Assembly (NCBI GenBank): GCA_963840855.1
Contig: CAWJBB010000046.1
Coordinates: forward strand, 113,677-177,676
Origin: an uncultured delta proteobacterium
GTDB taxonomy: Bacteria > Desulfobacterota > Binatia > UBA9968
Length of the DNA: 64,000 nt
Direction of reading: 5' to 3'
Below are positions 28,240-40,074 of the stretch, piece after piece. The notes beneath the pieces were generated by a model. That model saw only the letters and a list, made by a program, of their open reading frames with translations. It was not told the origin of the DNA and made no database searches. The position numbers were made by a program, and so were the translations under genes. Positions within the stretch are counted from its first letter, which is position 1, and every line of letters begins with the position of its first letter.

Positions 28240-28326
28240 GTTCAAAGTTCAAGGTTCAACGTTTCAGATTCGGACTTTCCGATTCGAGAATCGGACCTTG
28301 AACTTTGAACGTTGAATCTTGAACGT
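28240..28326. repeat. Inverted pair of 7-mer tandem arrays (GTTCAAR / YTTGAAC)
   Basis: gttcaaagttcaaggttcaac ... cttgaactttgaacgttgaa. Confidence 0.7.
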
Positions 28327-28330
28327 GACA

Positions 28331-29281
28331 TCAGTAGTTGGGTTTGTGCTCGAAGAAGTGCGTCGCGTTGATGACGCGGACCGTGCGGGTCTTGGAGCGC
28401 ATCACCACCGACTGGGTTGTGGCGCCGCCGGAGAAAAAGTGCACACCTTGGAGGTAGTCGCCGTCGGTGACGCCGGTGGCGGCGAACATCACGTCGCCGG
28501 CGGCCAGTTCGTCGATCTTGAACTTTTTATTGATGTCGGTCACGCCCATTTTCATGGCCCGCTCTATTTCTTCGTTGTTGCGCGGTTTCAAGCGGCCGTG
28601 AAACTCACCGCCGACGCAACGCAGCGCCGCAGCCGCCAGCACTCCTTCGGGCGCGCCGCCGATGCCGAGCAGGAGATCGATTCCAGTTTCCGGCTTGGTC
28701 GTGGCGATGGCGGCGGAAACGTCGCCATCGCCGATCAAGCGAATCCGCGCGCCGGCCTTGCGGACTTCTTGAATGAGGGCATCGTGGCGCGGCCGCGCAA
28801 GGATAATGACCATGAGATCTTCCACCCTGCAGCCCTTCGCTTCGGCCAGCGCGTGCAAATTTTGCGTCGGCGTCTTGTCGAGATCAACGACGCCTTGGCC
28901 GATGGGTCCAGCGGCGATCTTTTCCATATAGGTGTCGGGACAATTGAGCAGGTTGCCGCCGTCGCCCATGGCGATGACGGCGAGCGCGTTGGGCGCGCCA
29001 GTGGCACAGATTGTAGTGCCTTCCAGAGGGTCGAGAGCGATATCGACTTTAGGACCGCCGCATCCGACTTTCTCGCCGATGTAGAGCATCGGCGCTTCGT
29101 CCCGCTCGCCTTCGCCGATCACCACCGTGCCATCGATGGCCAGGGCGTCGAAAGCTTTGCGCATGGCGTCCACGGCGGCCTGATCAGCGGCCTTTTCGTC
29201 GCCCCGACCCGTCCAACGGGCACAATTAAGGGCCGCCGCTTCCGTTACACGCACGGCTTCGAGAGCTAAGTTTCGGTCCAC
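28331..29281 (-). CDS. glpX: Fructose-1,6-bisphosphatase class II
   Basis: RVTEAAA, IGEGERDEAPMLYIGE, DPLEGT, GGAPEGV. Confidence 0.95.
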   Translation of the reverse strand: MDRNLALEAVRVTEAAALNCARWTGRGDEKAADQAAVDAMRKAFDALAIDGTVVIGEGERDEAPMLYIGEKVGCGGPKVDIALDPLEGTTICATGAPNALAVIAMGDGGNLLNCPDTYMEKIAAGPIGQGVVDLDKTPTQNLHALAEAKGCRVEDLMVIILARPRHDALIQEVRKAGARIRLIGDGDVSAAIATTKPETGIDLLLGIGGAPEGVLAAAALRCVGGEFHGRLKPRNNEEIERAMKMGVTDINKKFKIDELAAGDVMFAATGVTDGDYLQGVHFFSGGATTQSVVMRSKTRTVRVINATHFFEHKPNY

Positions 29282-30487
29282 GTTTGCCTCCCTTCGATGA
29301 GGGCCTCCATCAATCTGAAAGCCTCCTTCGCCACTATCCCTGTCTTGGCGGCATCTTTTTCGTTATATCCCACGGCGCCGTTGTTGCGCGGCTGGAGGGC
29401 GGAGTAGAGCACGAATGGCACTGGCTCGGCGACATGAGTCTTCAACGCAATGGACGTGGGATGATCGGGCATCAGCAAGACGCGCCAGTCCTTTCGATGC
29501 TCCATGCCTTTGAGCACGGTGCCCACGACCTTTTCATCGAAATCTTCGAGGGCTTGAATTTTTGCCTTCACGTCACCCATATGGCCGGCCTCGTCGGTGG
29601 CTTCGACATGAATAAAAACAAAATCGTTTTTTTCAAGCGAGCGAACACCATACTCGCCCTTGCCCTTGTAATTGGTATCGAGAAAGCCGGTGATGCCCGG
29701 AACATCGATGCGTTCCAAACCGGCGTAGACACCTAAGCCGTGAATAATATCGACGGCGGAGATCACCCCGCCCGTGATGCCGAAACGTTTGGTCAGCAAA
29801 GGCAGCTGTGGCGCCCTCCCCTGCCCCCAGAGCCAGATCGACGTTGCTTTTCGCCGCCCTTCAGCCTCGCGCTTTCTGTTCACGGCATGCTCGGCGAGAA
29901 TGTTGCGTGATGCTTCCATGAGCTTGAGCAGGCGATCGGCGCCGTCACCGGTAGGAAGATAACCGGCGATTTTCTGCCCCGTGATGTCGTGGGGCGGAGT
30001 GGTCGTCATTTTTTCTTTGCCATCGCGCCAGACCATCAGGTGGCGGTAGCTCACGCCGGGAAAAAACTCGATGTCGTCGCCGCCGAGCTTGCGTCGCGAT
30101 GTCATCGATGATTTCTTTGGCTTCCTCGCTGGAGATATGGCCGGCGGTGAAGTCTTCCATACTGGTTTCATGACCGCCACCGCTGAAGCTGACGAGGTTA
30201 CAGCGGAACGCGATATCGTTCGGACCGAGAGCAACGCCCATGCTCGCCGCTTCGAGCGGTGAACGCCCGGTGTGATAGACCGCGGGATCATAGCCCATGA
30301 TGCTCATATTGCCCACGTCGCTACCCGGCGGAAAGCCCTCGGGAATCACATGCGCCAGGCCAAATACGCCCCGCTGGGCGAGCCAATCCATGTTGGGCGT
30401 GCGGGCGGCTTCCAGAGGCGTTATCCCGCCTAGAACTTCCAGCGGATAGTCCGCCATGCCGTCGCCTTGCAGGATGATGTACTTCAC
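29266..30487 (-). CDS. apgM: Cofactor-independent phosphoglycerate mutase (apparent +1 frameshift near 30094)
   Basis: GDGMAD, PGSDV, GRSPLEA, GVSYRH, DEAGH, PDHPT. Confidence 0.85.
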
Positions 30488-31869
30488 TTTGCTCCCCAGA
30501 TCGGAAACCAAACCGGATCAACTAGGATATAGTCTCGATTGCTGAGAGAATCCAGAGCCTTGCGCATTTGCCGGACCGTAGCCCGCTCGAGTGTCATCAC
30601 GAAAGGCAAAACTTCCTGCAGTCTTTGTTTAAGTTTGTAACTTTGCGCGAGCCAGCGCACTTCTTCTTCGGTATGCCGCATTTGCCAAATCTCCGATATG
30701 TTAACGCCGATGCGGCCGAAGGTCCGACCGATATCGCCGACGATGCCGGCGCGGTCCCTAACGACTAAACGGAGGTAAAAGGAACCGTCGATTTCATCAT
30801 CGGACTGAATTTTCAAAGTTCCCGGCGGGATCAGACTGGGGGCGCCGGAGGACTTACGCCCGCCGCGTGCCAATTCACAAACGTCGCCGAGCACCGCCAC
30901 CGCGGTCGGCCCTCCACCCGCCCCAGGACCGACGAGAACATAATCGCAGTCACGCTCGCCGCGGCCGCCGCTGCTGCTCCTGGCGGCAAAACAGACCGCA
31001 TTCGTCGCGCCGTCAATGCTCGCCAGAATATTGTCTCGCGGCACCAACACTGGAGAAACAAAGGCCTGGACGGACTGGTTGTTTCGTCGGGCCACGGCAA
31101 GCTGTTTGATCGTGCTCGGACCGATTCTCTGGGCGTAGCGAAAATCCACCGCGTGAATCTCTTCAATGCTTTTTCGCCAAATCGTCCCCGGTTGGATTTG
31201 CAATCCAAACGCGACGAATAAAAGCAGTAGCAACTTTGCTTCGGCGTCACTGCCGTTAACATCCGATGCCGGATTAGTTTCGGCGTAACCCTTTTGCTGC
31301 GCTTCCCGCAACGCTTCGGCGTACGCTTTCCCGCCCTTTTCCATTTGCGAGAGGATGTAATTGCAAGTGCCGTTGACTATGCCGAAGACCGCTTCCGGCG
31401 TTTCCACGGCGAAGCTTTCGCTCAAAGAGCGAATGACCGGGATACCCCCACCGACGCAGGCTTCAAACCGGAGTTGCTGGCCACTTTTTTGCGCCGCCGC
31501 CCAGATCTCTTTGCCGTAGCGCGCCAAGACGGCCTTGTCAGAGGTTACGACGGATTTGCCGTTGCGGAAAGCCCGCAGCAAATAATCTCTGAACACCGGC
31601 AATTGCGATGGGCTCTGAAATCCCAGCGCTTCAATCACGATGTCGACGCTTGGATCGTCCAGCACATGCTCCGCTTTATTGGTAAAAAGCGCGGGCCGCT
31701 TCGAAAACCATTTTTTGCGCTTAGGACTGCGCGTATAGATTTTTCTGATTACGAGATCGACGTCGGCGCCCACTTCGCCCTTGAGGTCGTGAAACAGAAT
31801 GTCCTGGATCGCTTCGCCGACGACTCCCGAACCGAGCAAACCGATGCCGATCTTGCGACGTTTGTTCAC
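30484..31869 (-). CDS. hom: Homoserine dehydrogenase with ACT domain
   Basis: [34 protein letters not shown]. Confidence 0.9.
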   Translation of the reverse strand: MNKRRKIGIGLLGSGVVGEAIQDILFHDLKGEVGADVDLVIRKIYTRSPKRKKWFSKRPALFTNKAEHVLDDPSVDIVIEALGFQSPSQLPVFRDYLLRAFRNGKSVVTSDKAVLARYGKEIWAAAQKSGQQLRFEACVGGGIPVIRSLSESFAVETPEAVFGIVNGTCNYILSQMEKGGKAYAEALREAQQKGYAETNPASDVNGSDAEAKLLLLLFVAFGLQIQPGTIWRKSIEEIHAVDFRYAQRIGPSTIKQLAVARRNNQSVQAFVSPVLVPRDNILASIDGATNAVCFAARSSSGGRGERDCDYVLVGPGAGGGPTAVAVLGDVCELARGGRKSSGAPSLIPPGTLKIQSDDEIDGSFYLRLVVRDRAGIVGDIGRTFGRIGVNISEIWQMRHTEEEVRWLAQSYKLKQRLQEVLPFVMTLERATVRQMRKALDSLSNRDYILVDPVWFPIWGAK

Positions 31870-31923
31870 GGGTGCCTATACCTAAATCCGGAGCGAATTG
31901 GAGTATTATGTTAGCGCCGCCTG

Positions 31924-33102
31924 CTAGTCCAGTAGTTTGCCCAACGCCCGCTTGATGTTGCGCACCGCCTGCTTGGTGCGATGCTCGTTTTCAATGAGCG
32001 CGAAGCGCACATGCTCGTCGCCGTACTGGCCGAAGCCGATGCCCGGTGAGACCGCCACCTTCGCTTCTTGCAAAAGATATTTCGAAAATTCAACGGAACC
32101 CATTTTTTTCGCCGGCTCGGGAATCTCCGCCCACACGAACATGGTGCCTTTGGGTTTATCTATTTTCCACCCCGCGCGGTCCAGGCCGTCGATCAGGGAG
32201 TCGCGCCGTTTTTGGTACATGAGGCGGATCTCTTCGACGCAATCCTGCGGGCCGTTGAGCGCCTGGATCGCGGCGATCTGCACCGGTTGAAAGATCCCAT
32301 AGTCGAGATAACTCTTGATGCGCGCCAGAGCGTGGATAACGTTTTTATTGCCCACGGCGAATCCGACCCGCCAGCCGGGCATGTTGTAACTCTTCGAAAG
32401 CGAGAAAAATTCCACGCCGACATCCTTGGCGCCCGCTACCTGCAGAAAACTCGGCGCTTGGTAGCCGTCGAAGGTCAGATCGGCGTAGGCGAAATCATGG
32501 ACGACGATAAAACCATGCTCCCGCGCTGCGCGCACCACGCGCTCGAAGAAATTCAGCTCGACGACTTCCGTCGTCGGGTTATGCGGAAAACTGATGATCA
32601 GCATCTTCGGCTTCGGCCAGGTCTGCTTGATCGCCTCTTCGAGGTGGGCGAAAAAAGCCTCGCTGGTCGTCAACGGCAGGCAACGCAGATCACCGCCGGC
32701 CAAGATCACGGCGAATTGGTGGATCGGGTAAGTCGGGCTCGGGCATAAGACCACGTCGCCAGGGTCGATGGTGGCCCAGGCGAGATGCGACAGGCCTTCC
32801 TTGGCGCCGATGGTGACGATGGCTTCAGCGTCGGGATCGACATCAACCCGATAGCGGCGCTTGTACCAGGCGCAGATCGCAACTCGCAATTTATATATGC
32901 CGCGCGATACTGAGTAGCGGTGGTTTTGCGGCTTGGCTGCGGCTTCAACCAGCTTGGCCACCACATGGGGCGGCGTTGGCAGGTCTGGGTTGCCCATGCC
33001 GAAATCGACGATATCCTCACCCCGGTGGCGCGCCGCCATTTTCATGCCGTCGATGATGCTGAAAACGTAGGGTGGGAGCCTCTTGATCCGCTGGAATTCC
33101 AC
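31924..33102 (-). CDS. PLP class I aminotransferase (AlaC/YfdZ-like)
   Basis: [34 protein letters not shown]. Confidence 0.9.
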   Translation of the reverse strand: MEFQRIKRLPPYVFSIIDGMKMAARHRGEDIVDFGMGNPDLPTPPHVVAKLVEAAAKPQNHRYSVSRGIYKLRVAICAWYKRRYRVDVDPDAEAIVTIGAKEGLSHLAWATIDPGDVVLCPSPTYPIHQFAVILAGGDLRCLPLTTSEAFFAHLEEAIKQTWPKPKMLIISFPHNPTTEVVELNFFERVVRAAREHGFIVVHDFAYADLTFDGYQAPSFLQVAGAKDVGVEFFSLSKSYNMPGWRVGFAVGNKNVIHALARIKSYLDYGIFQPVQIAAIQALNGPQDCVEEIRLMYQKRRDSLIDGLDRAGWKIDKPKGTMFVWAEIPEPAKKMGSVEFSKYLLQEAKVAVSPGIGFGQYGDEHVRFALIENEHRTKQAVRNIKRALGKLLD

Positions 33103-33296
33103 GCGCCGCTACCTTGACCTTTCTAAAACGACGATATTTTTCAAAACTATAAGGCATGATGGTAATTCCTGCAACTATGTCTTGCCGCTGTACGCTCCCG
33201 CCTCTTTCCTCTCCTGCTTGCAGGATGAAGGACGAGGATCACCGCACGACCGTAGTGTTCATCGAGGATTTGGCGGAATTTTCTCCCGAACCTAAC

Positions 33297-33791
33297 TCAA
33301 TGCCGTTGTATTTCATGCAGAGCTTTCAGGAGTCCGGGGCCATCGGCGACGCTCAACTCAAGAAGCTCTTCGGCGCCGGTTCGATGGCGATATCGAATGG
33401 CCACCCGTGTGCTAAGAGAATTCTTTTCGCTTTCACGAGTCTCTAGGATAGTTCTTCCAGGAACCCGGTGATCCCATCCAAAGCCTTCGGCGAAAAACAT
33501 CAAATTAAAAGGGAAGTGTGGGCTGACATGCAACGTGTCTTTCGTTACCGCCACCCAGAGAATATGATTGGCGCTCACCAGCCGGGCCAGAAGGCTGCGA
33601 TCGGATCGTCCAGAGCGCCATGTTTCAGAAAAACGAAGCTCGGCGAATTGCGGCCGCAAAATCGGCTTTGCGTTATGCAGTCGATAGACGATCGAGCCGG
33701 TTGCCAATGCACAGCAGAATATCGCGCCCAGGCCTATCAGTTTAAAGAACATTGGAACGACGGATTGAGACGACTTTTCAAGTCGTCTCAA
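33297..33791 (-). CDS. Hypothetical membrane-anchored protein
   Basis: ORF with a hydrophobic N-terminal segment. Confidence 0.5.
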   Translation of the reverse strand: MRRLEKSSQSVVPMFFKLIGLGAIFCCALATGSIVYRLHNAKPILRPQFAELRFSETWRSGRSDRSLLARLVSANHILWVAVTKDTLHVSPHFPFNLMFFAEGFGWDHRVPGRTILETRESEKNSLSTRVAIRYRHRTGAEELLELSVADGPGLLKALHEIQRH

Positions 33792-33894
33792 TCCTTGTGG
33801 GCCGGCACTGATTCACGGATAGAGTAACGGTCTAACGAGACGGGGCGGTTGGAGAGACTGTTGTAGAGGCCAAATCCAACCGTTGCGAAACTCT

Positions 33895-34519
33895 TCACCC
33901 GATGTTTGTTCTGCGCAGTCTTCTCATCATAGCCATTACCCCAAGACCTGTTCCCAATAGCAAGAACGTTGCGGGCTCCGGAAGGGTTTCCGCCCTGGTG
34001 TTCGTGAAGAAAAATTTGAGATCGTCGTAATCCAGATCCCCGCCACCGAAGACATCTTCGAAACCTACATAGGTAGCATTCAGTGCATACTGGCCATCCA
34101 CGAACGCATGAGCAATACTATCCGGGTTGCGGCTCGCCGCGCCCGTGAAGTAGTTCCGCGGCGTGAGGTCCCCTTTCCCGCTCTCGTGACGCATAGAGCC
34201 GAAATAGCAGCTCTGTGCCCGCAGTGAATGTCCCCAGGTTAAACGTCGTGCCAACGGGGGTGGTATGGTTGTTAAAAATGAGGCCCATGCCGTTGGTCGG
34301 GCTACCGAGATAAAGATCGTTCGATATGCGCGCGGTGTGTCCCAGATAAGTGGCCGTCACATTGCCAGTGGTGTTGACGATCACGTTGGCGCCGAGTATC
34401 GGGACCGCCATAGACTCGGTGTGCCAAGCCACCGTACCGAAAGCCATCAAAGCGATCACCGTGGCACGGATTCCAGTTAGTAAGCTCATTAAACCTCGAA
34501 TTGTCAAATACGTTGTCAT
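33895..34519 (-). CDS. PEP-CTERM sorting domain protein (apparent +1 frameshift near 34191)
   Basis: Signal peptide, GFED..D.DYDD motif, LPEPATFLLLGTGL..RRLRR. Confidence 0.8.
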
Positions 34520-34563
34520 GCTGCCTTCCAGCTCAGTGTGAAAAGTTCTTGCACTTGCTTTAG

Positions 34564-34579
34564 AGCAAAAGGACGGCCA
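34564..34579 (-). promoter_or_regulatory. sigma54 (-24/-12) promoter of the PEP-CTERM gene
   Basis: TGGCCGTCCTTTTGCT on the minus strand; AT-rich IHF-like tract and PrsR-like enhancer around 34680-34746. Confidence 0.7.
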
Positions 34580-35070
34580 CCCATCCCAGGTGGCCATTTA
34601 TTGACTCGCGAAATTGGCACACTCGACTAGGAATATGATGGCAAAATTTGCCTTCTTACTTTCTTATCCGTGTCCAAACTTAAATCAAATAAAACAATGA
34701 TTTATACTGTAAAGGAGATGTAACTGTTGCGTGAAATTTTCCGCCAGAACTCGGTTATCAGCTTGTACGTGTAACTTATTGAATTAGCGTGCCTCGTGAT
34801 TAGCTTGGGCGGCGGCTAAGTGATAACACAGTATACGCTATGCGAGGTCTTACAGGCGGGTATGCTAGCCCGGATCGCACTCGATCTTTGTAATTCGGGT
34901 GAAAATGTATCGATGTTTTAAAGTTTACCCGATTAGGATGCGATTTTTTGCGTGGTCCAAGTCATGCGGATCAAACAACGTGCCGAGGGCTACTCGTGAT
35001 ATAAGTCTTTTACCCAGTTGAGGAATTCGTGGCGGTGTGGGGGTGAGATAAAATCTTGGATGTCCCGCCC

Positions 35071-36084
35071 TCAGCGGAAGGCCGGCATCACTTCTTTGGC
35101 AAAAAGCCGCATCGACTTTGTGATCACAGCATGGGGGATACCGCCGAAATTGAAAGTCGTCGTGAGGGTGTCAAAGTAATAATGTGCCGTGGCGTTGTGA
35201 ATGCCCTGGATGACCTGGTCGGGAGTCCCGTAATTGTTGCGCCCGGTGGCGAGCATCATGTCCCAATCATACTCGGCTGGTGTTACAGTTGACGATCTAC
35301 GCCCGATGCGTGAAATCGCGTCGTAGCGGCTGATGGCAGATGTGGCGATCGCCTTTGCGCGTTCGTCACTTTCATTTACATGTGTGCGCACGTGAAATTG
35401 GCAATGTTTCTGTTTCGGATCGAAGCCGGCTTCGATTAACCCTTGTTTCCAGGCTTCAACCGCAGGTCGTACCTTCTCCGGCGCATGCGGATGGCCCACA
35501 GTCATGATGTTATAACCGTTTCGTCCGGCCCATCCCAATCCTTCCGCCGAAGTGCCCGCCACCCAGATCGGCGGATGGGGCTGCTGCATCGGCCTCGGGT
35601 AAAGTGTCAGTTCTTCGAACTGCCAGAAATTTCCCCGGTGGCTTGCCCGCTCGTTGCCCCATGTTTTTAGGATCACATCCAGGGCTTCGTGCAACCGCTG
35701 CCGGTCGTTTTCCCGAGTGACACCGAACACCCTATAGTCCATCTCGGTATTGCCGGATCCGATGCCGAACTCCAGCCGCCCACCTGAAATGGCATCCACC
35801 ATGGCGTAGTCTTCGGCGCTGACCAGCGGATGGCGCAACGGCAAAATCGCAATGCACGGTCCCAGGCGGATGCGTGTGGTGCGCGCGGCAGCCGCAGCCA
35901 GAAGTACCGCCGGATTGGCGACCAGCCCGCCGTAGCCGAGAAAATGGTGCTCGTTGAACATGAAACATTCCCACCCTAACTCCTCGGCTAATTCCACCTC
36001 TTCGAGCACCTGCCGATAATAAACATCGTAGGACGGATCGATCTCAGGATGGTAGGTGGTCAGAATATTGATATAGAAACGCAC
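35071..36084 (-). CDS. LLM class flavin-dependent oxidoreductase
   Basis: EHHF, RIRLG, AEDYAMVD.SGGRLEFGIG, PIWVA. Confidence 0.9.
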   Translation of the reverse strand: MRFYINILTTYHPEIDPSYDVYYRQVLEEVELAEELGWECFMFNEHHFLGYGGLVANPAVLLAAAAARTTRIRLGPCIAILPLRHPLVSAEDYAMVDAISGGRLEFGIGSGNTEMDYRVFGVTRENDRQRLHEALDVILKTWGNERASHRGNFWQFEELTLYPRPMQQPHPPIWVAGTSAEGLGWAGRNGYNIMTVGHPHAPEKVRPAVEAWKQGLIEAGFDPKQKHCQFHVRTHVNESDERAKAIATSAISRYDAISRIGRRSSTVTPAEYDWDMMLATGRNNYGTPDQVIQGIHNATAHYYFDTLTTTFNFGGIPHAVITKSMRLFAKEVMPAFR

Positions 36085-36100
36085 AAGCGACCTTTCGCTG

Positions 36101-36197
36101 GTTCAAAGTTCAACGTTCAAGGTTCAAAGTTAGGAATACGGGCAACGGCTCGATAAAGCTCCGAAGTACGTTGAACATTGAACCTTGAACGTTGAAC
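36101..36197. repeat. Inverted pair of 7-mer tandem arrays
   Basis: gttcaaagttcaacgttcaaggttcaaag ... ttgaacattgaaccttgaacgttgaac. Confidence 0.75.
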
Positions 36198-36269
36198 CGC
36201 CATGGCGCCTTTGCTGTGTGAGATTCGGCTTTGTATCTGCACGGCACGTGACCGTTTACAATAGGTAGA

Positions 36270-37215
36270 TCACCTAGGGCAAGCCATGGCGATGACTTCC
36301 TTGGCCATCCACTCCATCCGTTCGAGGGTTTCGGTGATATTTGGACGGCGCACATCAAAAATCATCGTGTCCACGCCCACGTCGCGGTATGCGCAAATGT
36401 CGGATGCGATCTCTTCAGCGCTGCCCATGAAACGCCGCCTGCGCCCTTCTATCTTCTTTTCTTTGTCGAACAGAGATCCTTTAAGCGCGACGCGGATCTT
36501 TTTTGGGTCTCGTCCGGCGGCTTTGGCGAATTCGGCGAGCAGCGTGAGATCCCGATTCATGTCTTCGGGTTCCAGCGGAATCGTCGGCACACCGCCGATG
36601 GGATGCCAGCCATCGCCGAGTCGGGCGGCGCGGCGAATCGCCTGCCTGCTATGGCCGCCGATCCAAATGGGAATTGCCGGTTGCTGCACCGGTTTGGGAA
36701 GAAAAATAACATCGGAGAAGTTGCAGTATTTGCCGTCAAACGAAGGGTTGTCCTTGGTCCATAGCTCGCGGAACGCCTGAATATACTCATCGGTCACTTT
36801 GCCGCGGTCCGCGAAAGCTTGGCGCTTGCAGGTTTTCGAACTCTTCCTTCATCCAGCCGACGCCGAGACCGACAATCACCCTGCCCTGCGACAACACGTC
36901 GAGGCTCGCGAGCATCTTAGCGGTGATAATCGGATTACGATACGGCGCGATCATGACGCTGGTGATAAATCGGATCCGATGGGTCGCGCCGGCCAGAAAG
37001 CCCATCGTCATCAGCGCTTCGAGATGATAACCGGTGCCGGGATACTTGCCGTCAACGGTATAAGGGTAAGGGACCGAGATATTTTTTGGCACGATCACAT
37101 GGTCGGCGACGGTGATGCAATAAAAGCCCAGCGCTTCGGCGTTCTGGGCAAAACGAATCAGATCTGCCGCTTTCACGCCGGCGCTTGAGGCGGGCAAATG
37201 CAGTCCAAACTCCAT
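36270..37215 (-). CDS. LLM class (putative F420-dependent) oxidoreductase (apparent +1 frameshift near 36815)
   Basis: ADHVIVP, LDVLSQGR..GVGWMKEEF, PKPVQ..PIWIGG. Confidence 0.8.
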
Positions 37216-37256
37216 GCGAAGTCTCCTGTTGTGCGTGGGGTAGTGGATTTAGCCGG

Positions 37257-37820
37257 TTAAACGGATATCGTTTCGCGAGTTTCAGTCGCAAGCACAATTG
37301 GGTCACCGACTCGAATCAGGCCGTCGCTTATGATGGCGGCTTTGAGGCCGCTGCGATGTTCCAACGCTTTGAAAATACCCGGCAGGCCGGAAAGCTTCGC
37401 CAGATGGCCGCAGGGCTCAAACAGCCTTATGCCGCGCAAGCGCACGTGGCCGACGGTAAACTCACGTTGCAGCAAGTCGACCAGTGGCACGCCGCGAGTG
37501 ACGATATTGCGCCGGCTAATTTGCGCCAAAGATTCGACGCCCAGTTCAGCCGCCACGGCGTCGAGGGTTTCCGCTTCGATCAGGCTCACCGCTTTATCGG
37601 GGCGGTTGAGCGCCTGCCATGAGTCGCGAAAAAATCGATCCCCTTCAAGGCCGCGGTCGGCGAAGGCCCGCACCTGCGGCACCGAAACCATCTCTTCGGC
37701 GGCCCTGGGGGTGATAAAAATCGCGACCACGCTTGCTTGCCAATTTGCCGTTGAGCATTTAAAGCCGCGCCAAATCTCCGGCGGGGTTTCCCAAGGATAC
37801 TCTTGCTCACTTTGCGCCAT
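37257..37820 (-). CDS. MOSC domain protein
   Basis: GLEGDRF, RRNIVTRG, EPC, G.IRVGD. Confidence 0.85.
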   Translation of the reverse strand: MAQSEQEYPWETPPEIWRGFKCSTANWQASVVAIFITPRAAEEMVSVPQVRAFADRGLEGDRFFRDSWQALNRPDKAVSLIEAETLDAVAAELGVESLAQISRRNIVTRGVPLVDLLQREFTVGHVRLRGIRLFEPCGHLAKLSGLPGIFKALEHRSGLKAAIISDGLIRVGDPIVLATETRETISV

Positions 37821-38019
37821 GTTCCACCTCCAAAACGACACAGGCCACTGAGGAGTTCAGTGGCCTGTGTCCAGGTCGTTGATTTCTCGCGATGACTGCG
37901 AGTGCTGTCGCTCATCCGGCCGAGTCGGCGAAATACCGCGTATCCTCGACCGGCGGCACCGTTTTGTTCTCCGCGGAATCCGCCGGTTGCATGGATGCTC
38001 CCCTCAATTTCTGGACCTA

Positions 38020-39078
38020 TTAGTTAATACCGTCAACCTTCAGGTGATAGAGGTCGATGACGTTGTTGCGCACAACTTTGTCGATGGTCGCCTTGGGCAA
38101 GTGTCCCAGTTCTCTCGCGATCACGCTGCGTGAGTGCGGCCAGGTCGATGCCGCGTGGGGATAGTCGCTCGACCACATGAAGTTATCCTGGCCGAAATCT
38201 TCCATTAAACGGCCGCCCGCCGGATCGCTGAAGAACGTCGCGAAAACTTGCTCTTGGACGTATTCGCTGGGCAGCTTCTTCATATAGGGAAGCGGCGCTT
38301 TGGGACTATGACGGACGTAGTATTTGTCCCACTCGTGACAATAGAACGGGATCCAGCCCACTTCGTTTTCGACATAGACAAGTTTCAGTTTGGGGTAGCG
38401 CGCCAGAGCGCCGCCAAACACGAAATCGAACAAAACATTCGCCGCATCCGCGAGCTTCTGGTTTACCGTCATGCGGTACGTATCCAAGCCCTTGCGATCG
38501 AAGCGGCTGTAATTAAACCCGGTCAATATATGCACGTTGACCGGCATGTCGAGTTCCGACGCCGCTTCCCAGAAGGGATAGTAGTAGTCGCTGGTAAACG
38601 GTAAATGATCGGGCGGCACCTGCCAGATCATGCAACCGATCATGCCGGCTTTCTTGCAGCGTTCGAGCTCCTTGATGGCGTTCGGGATGTTGTACATCGA
38701 GATACTCGGAATACCAAAAAGTCGGCCCGGGGCGACTTTGCAATAGTCGCTCATCCAGTCGTTGGCGATCTGAAAACAGCTTTCCTGCAGTTCGGCGTCT
38801 TCCAAGGCATAGAGGCGAAGCCCAAAGGTCGGATATAAAACTTCGGCGCTGACGCCATCCACAGCCATCTCATCCAAGCGCGCTGTTGGATTCCAGCCCC
38901 CGGGTTTCTCGCCGGGCGAGTTGCGCGGTGGAAACTTAGGAAATTTAGCTCGTAACGAAGGTGTAAGACTCTTTTCCCAGAGATCGACCGGCTCCATGAT
39001 ATGGGAATCCGACGAGACGATTTTGTCGTTACCGAGTACCTGTTCCGCCGTTCTGGTGGCGTGGGTGGCTGTGCTCAT
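38020..39078 (-). CDS. Amidohydrolase family 2 protein
   Basis: SSDSHIMEP, WSSDYPH. Confidence 0.9.
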   Translation of the reverse strand: MSTATHATRTAEQVLGNDKIVSSDSHIMEPVDLWEKSLTPSLRAKFPKFPPRNSPGEKPGGWNPTARLDEMAVDGVSAEVLYPTFGLRLYALEDAELQESCFQIANDWMSDYCKVAPGRLFGIPSISMYNIPNAIKELERCKKAGMIGCMIWQVPPDHLPFTSDYYYPFWEAASELDMPVNVHILTGFNYSRFDRKGLDTYRMTVNQKLADAANVLFDFVFGGALARYPKLKLVYVENEVGWIPFYCHEWDKYYVRHSPKAPLPYMKKLPSEYVQEQVFATFFSDPAGGRLMEDFGQDNFMWSSDYPHAASTWPHSRSVIARELGHLPKATIDKVVRNNVIDLYHLKVDGIN

Positions 39079-39222
39079 AGTGTTGCCCTCCTGTGATTAA
39101 AGCTTATTGTTTCCCACTTTTATTCCTTTTAATTTTAATTGTCCAGGGTAACCTACGCGTGTCGGCAAAATCCCGAACGCAATTGGACAATCACCCTGCC
39201 TTGCGTTAAACCTTTTCTAAAC

Positions 39223-40074
39223 ATGACAGGAAAATTTTGCTTTCTTTGGCTGTATCTTTGCTTGTTCGCCTTGGGATTCCCATCCTTGGGGCTGCCCGGG
39301 GTGGCGGAAAACGCCTTCAACGACGGCGTTAAGCTTTACCGGGCGGGCAAGTATAAAGATGCCATCGCCGCCTATGACCGTGCCATCAAGGCCGCGCCGA
39401 ACTACGCCGATGCGTACAACCAGCGGGGCCTGGCTTATTTCAAGCTTGGCGACTACGCTAACGCGATAAAAAACTCCGAGCAAGCGCTGAAGCTCGACCC
39501 AAAACTCATCGACGCGCAGGTCAATCGCGGCAACGCGCACTTCGGCCAAAAACAATATGATCGCGCGATAAAAGACTATGACGAAATTGTCAAACAGAAA
39601 CCACAAGCGCCTGGACTATACTTCCAGCGCGGCTTGGCTTACTCCGCTTTGGGTCAGCATGAAAAAGCGATCCAAGATTTCAACCAGGCGCAAAAACTCG
39701 ATCCCAAAGACCCCGATGTTTATCAGAGCCGCGGCCTCGCCTACCGCCGCATCGGGCGTCATGAAGACGCGATCAAAGACTACAGTGAAGCGATCAGGCT
39801 CGATGCCAAAAATGCCGAATCCTACAATAACCGCGCCAACGTCTACTCCCTTTTGGGCAAATACGATCTCGCGCTTAAAGACTTTGATGAAGCCGTTAAA
39901 ATCGATTCAAAAAACGCCAGGATTTTCGCCAACCGCGGCGCGATAAAACTCCGGCTCGGCAGGGTCGGCGAAGCCGAGAAAGATCTCAAGCGGGCCATAG
40001 AGCTGGACCCAAGTCTCAAGGACAAGCTTGAAGCGCTCACGAGCGAGACAAAAGCGCCATCCGAGAAACGGTGA
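39223..40074 (+). CDS. Secreted TPR protein
   Basis: Signal peptide and multiple TPR repeats. Confidence 0.85.
   Translation: MTGKFCFLWLYLCLFALGFPSLGLPGVAENAFNDGVKLYRAGKYKDAIAAYDRAIKAAPNYADAYNQRGLAYFKLGDYANAIKNSEQALKLDPKLIDAQVNRGNAHFGQKQYDRAIKDYDEIVKQKPQAPGLYFQRGLAYSALGQHEKAIQDFNQAQKLDPKDPDVYQSRGLAYRRIGRHEDAIKDYSEAIRLDAKNAESYNNRANVYSLLGKYDLALKDFDEAVKIDSKNARIFANRGAIKLRLGRVGEAEKDLKRAIELDPSLKDKLEALTSETKAPSEKR

Noticed and set aside
28319-29269. 316-aa plus-strand ORF (and similar long antisense ORFs over miaB and the SVSGG gene)
   Set aside because: Antisense shadows of well-supported genes
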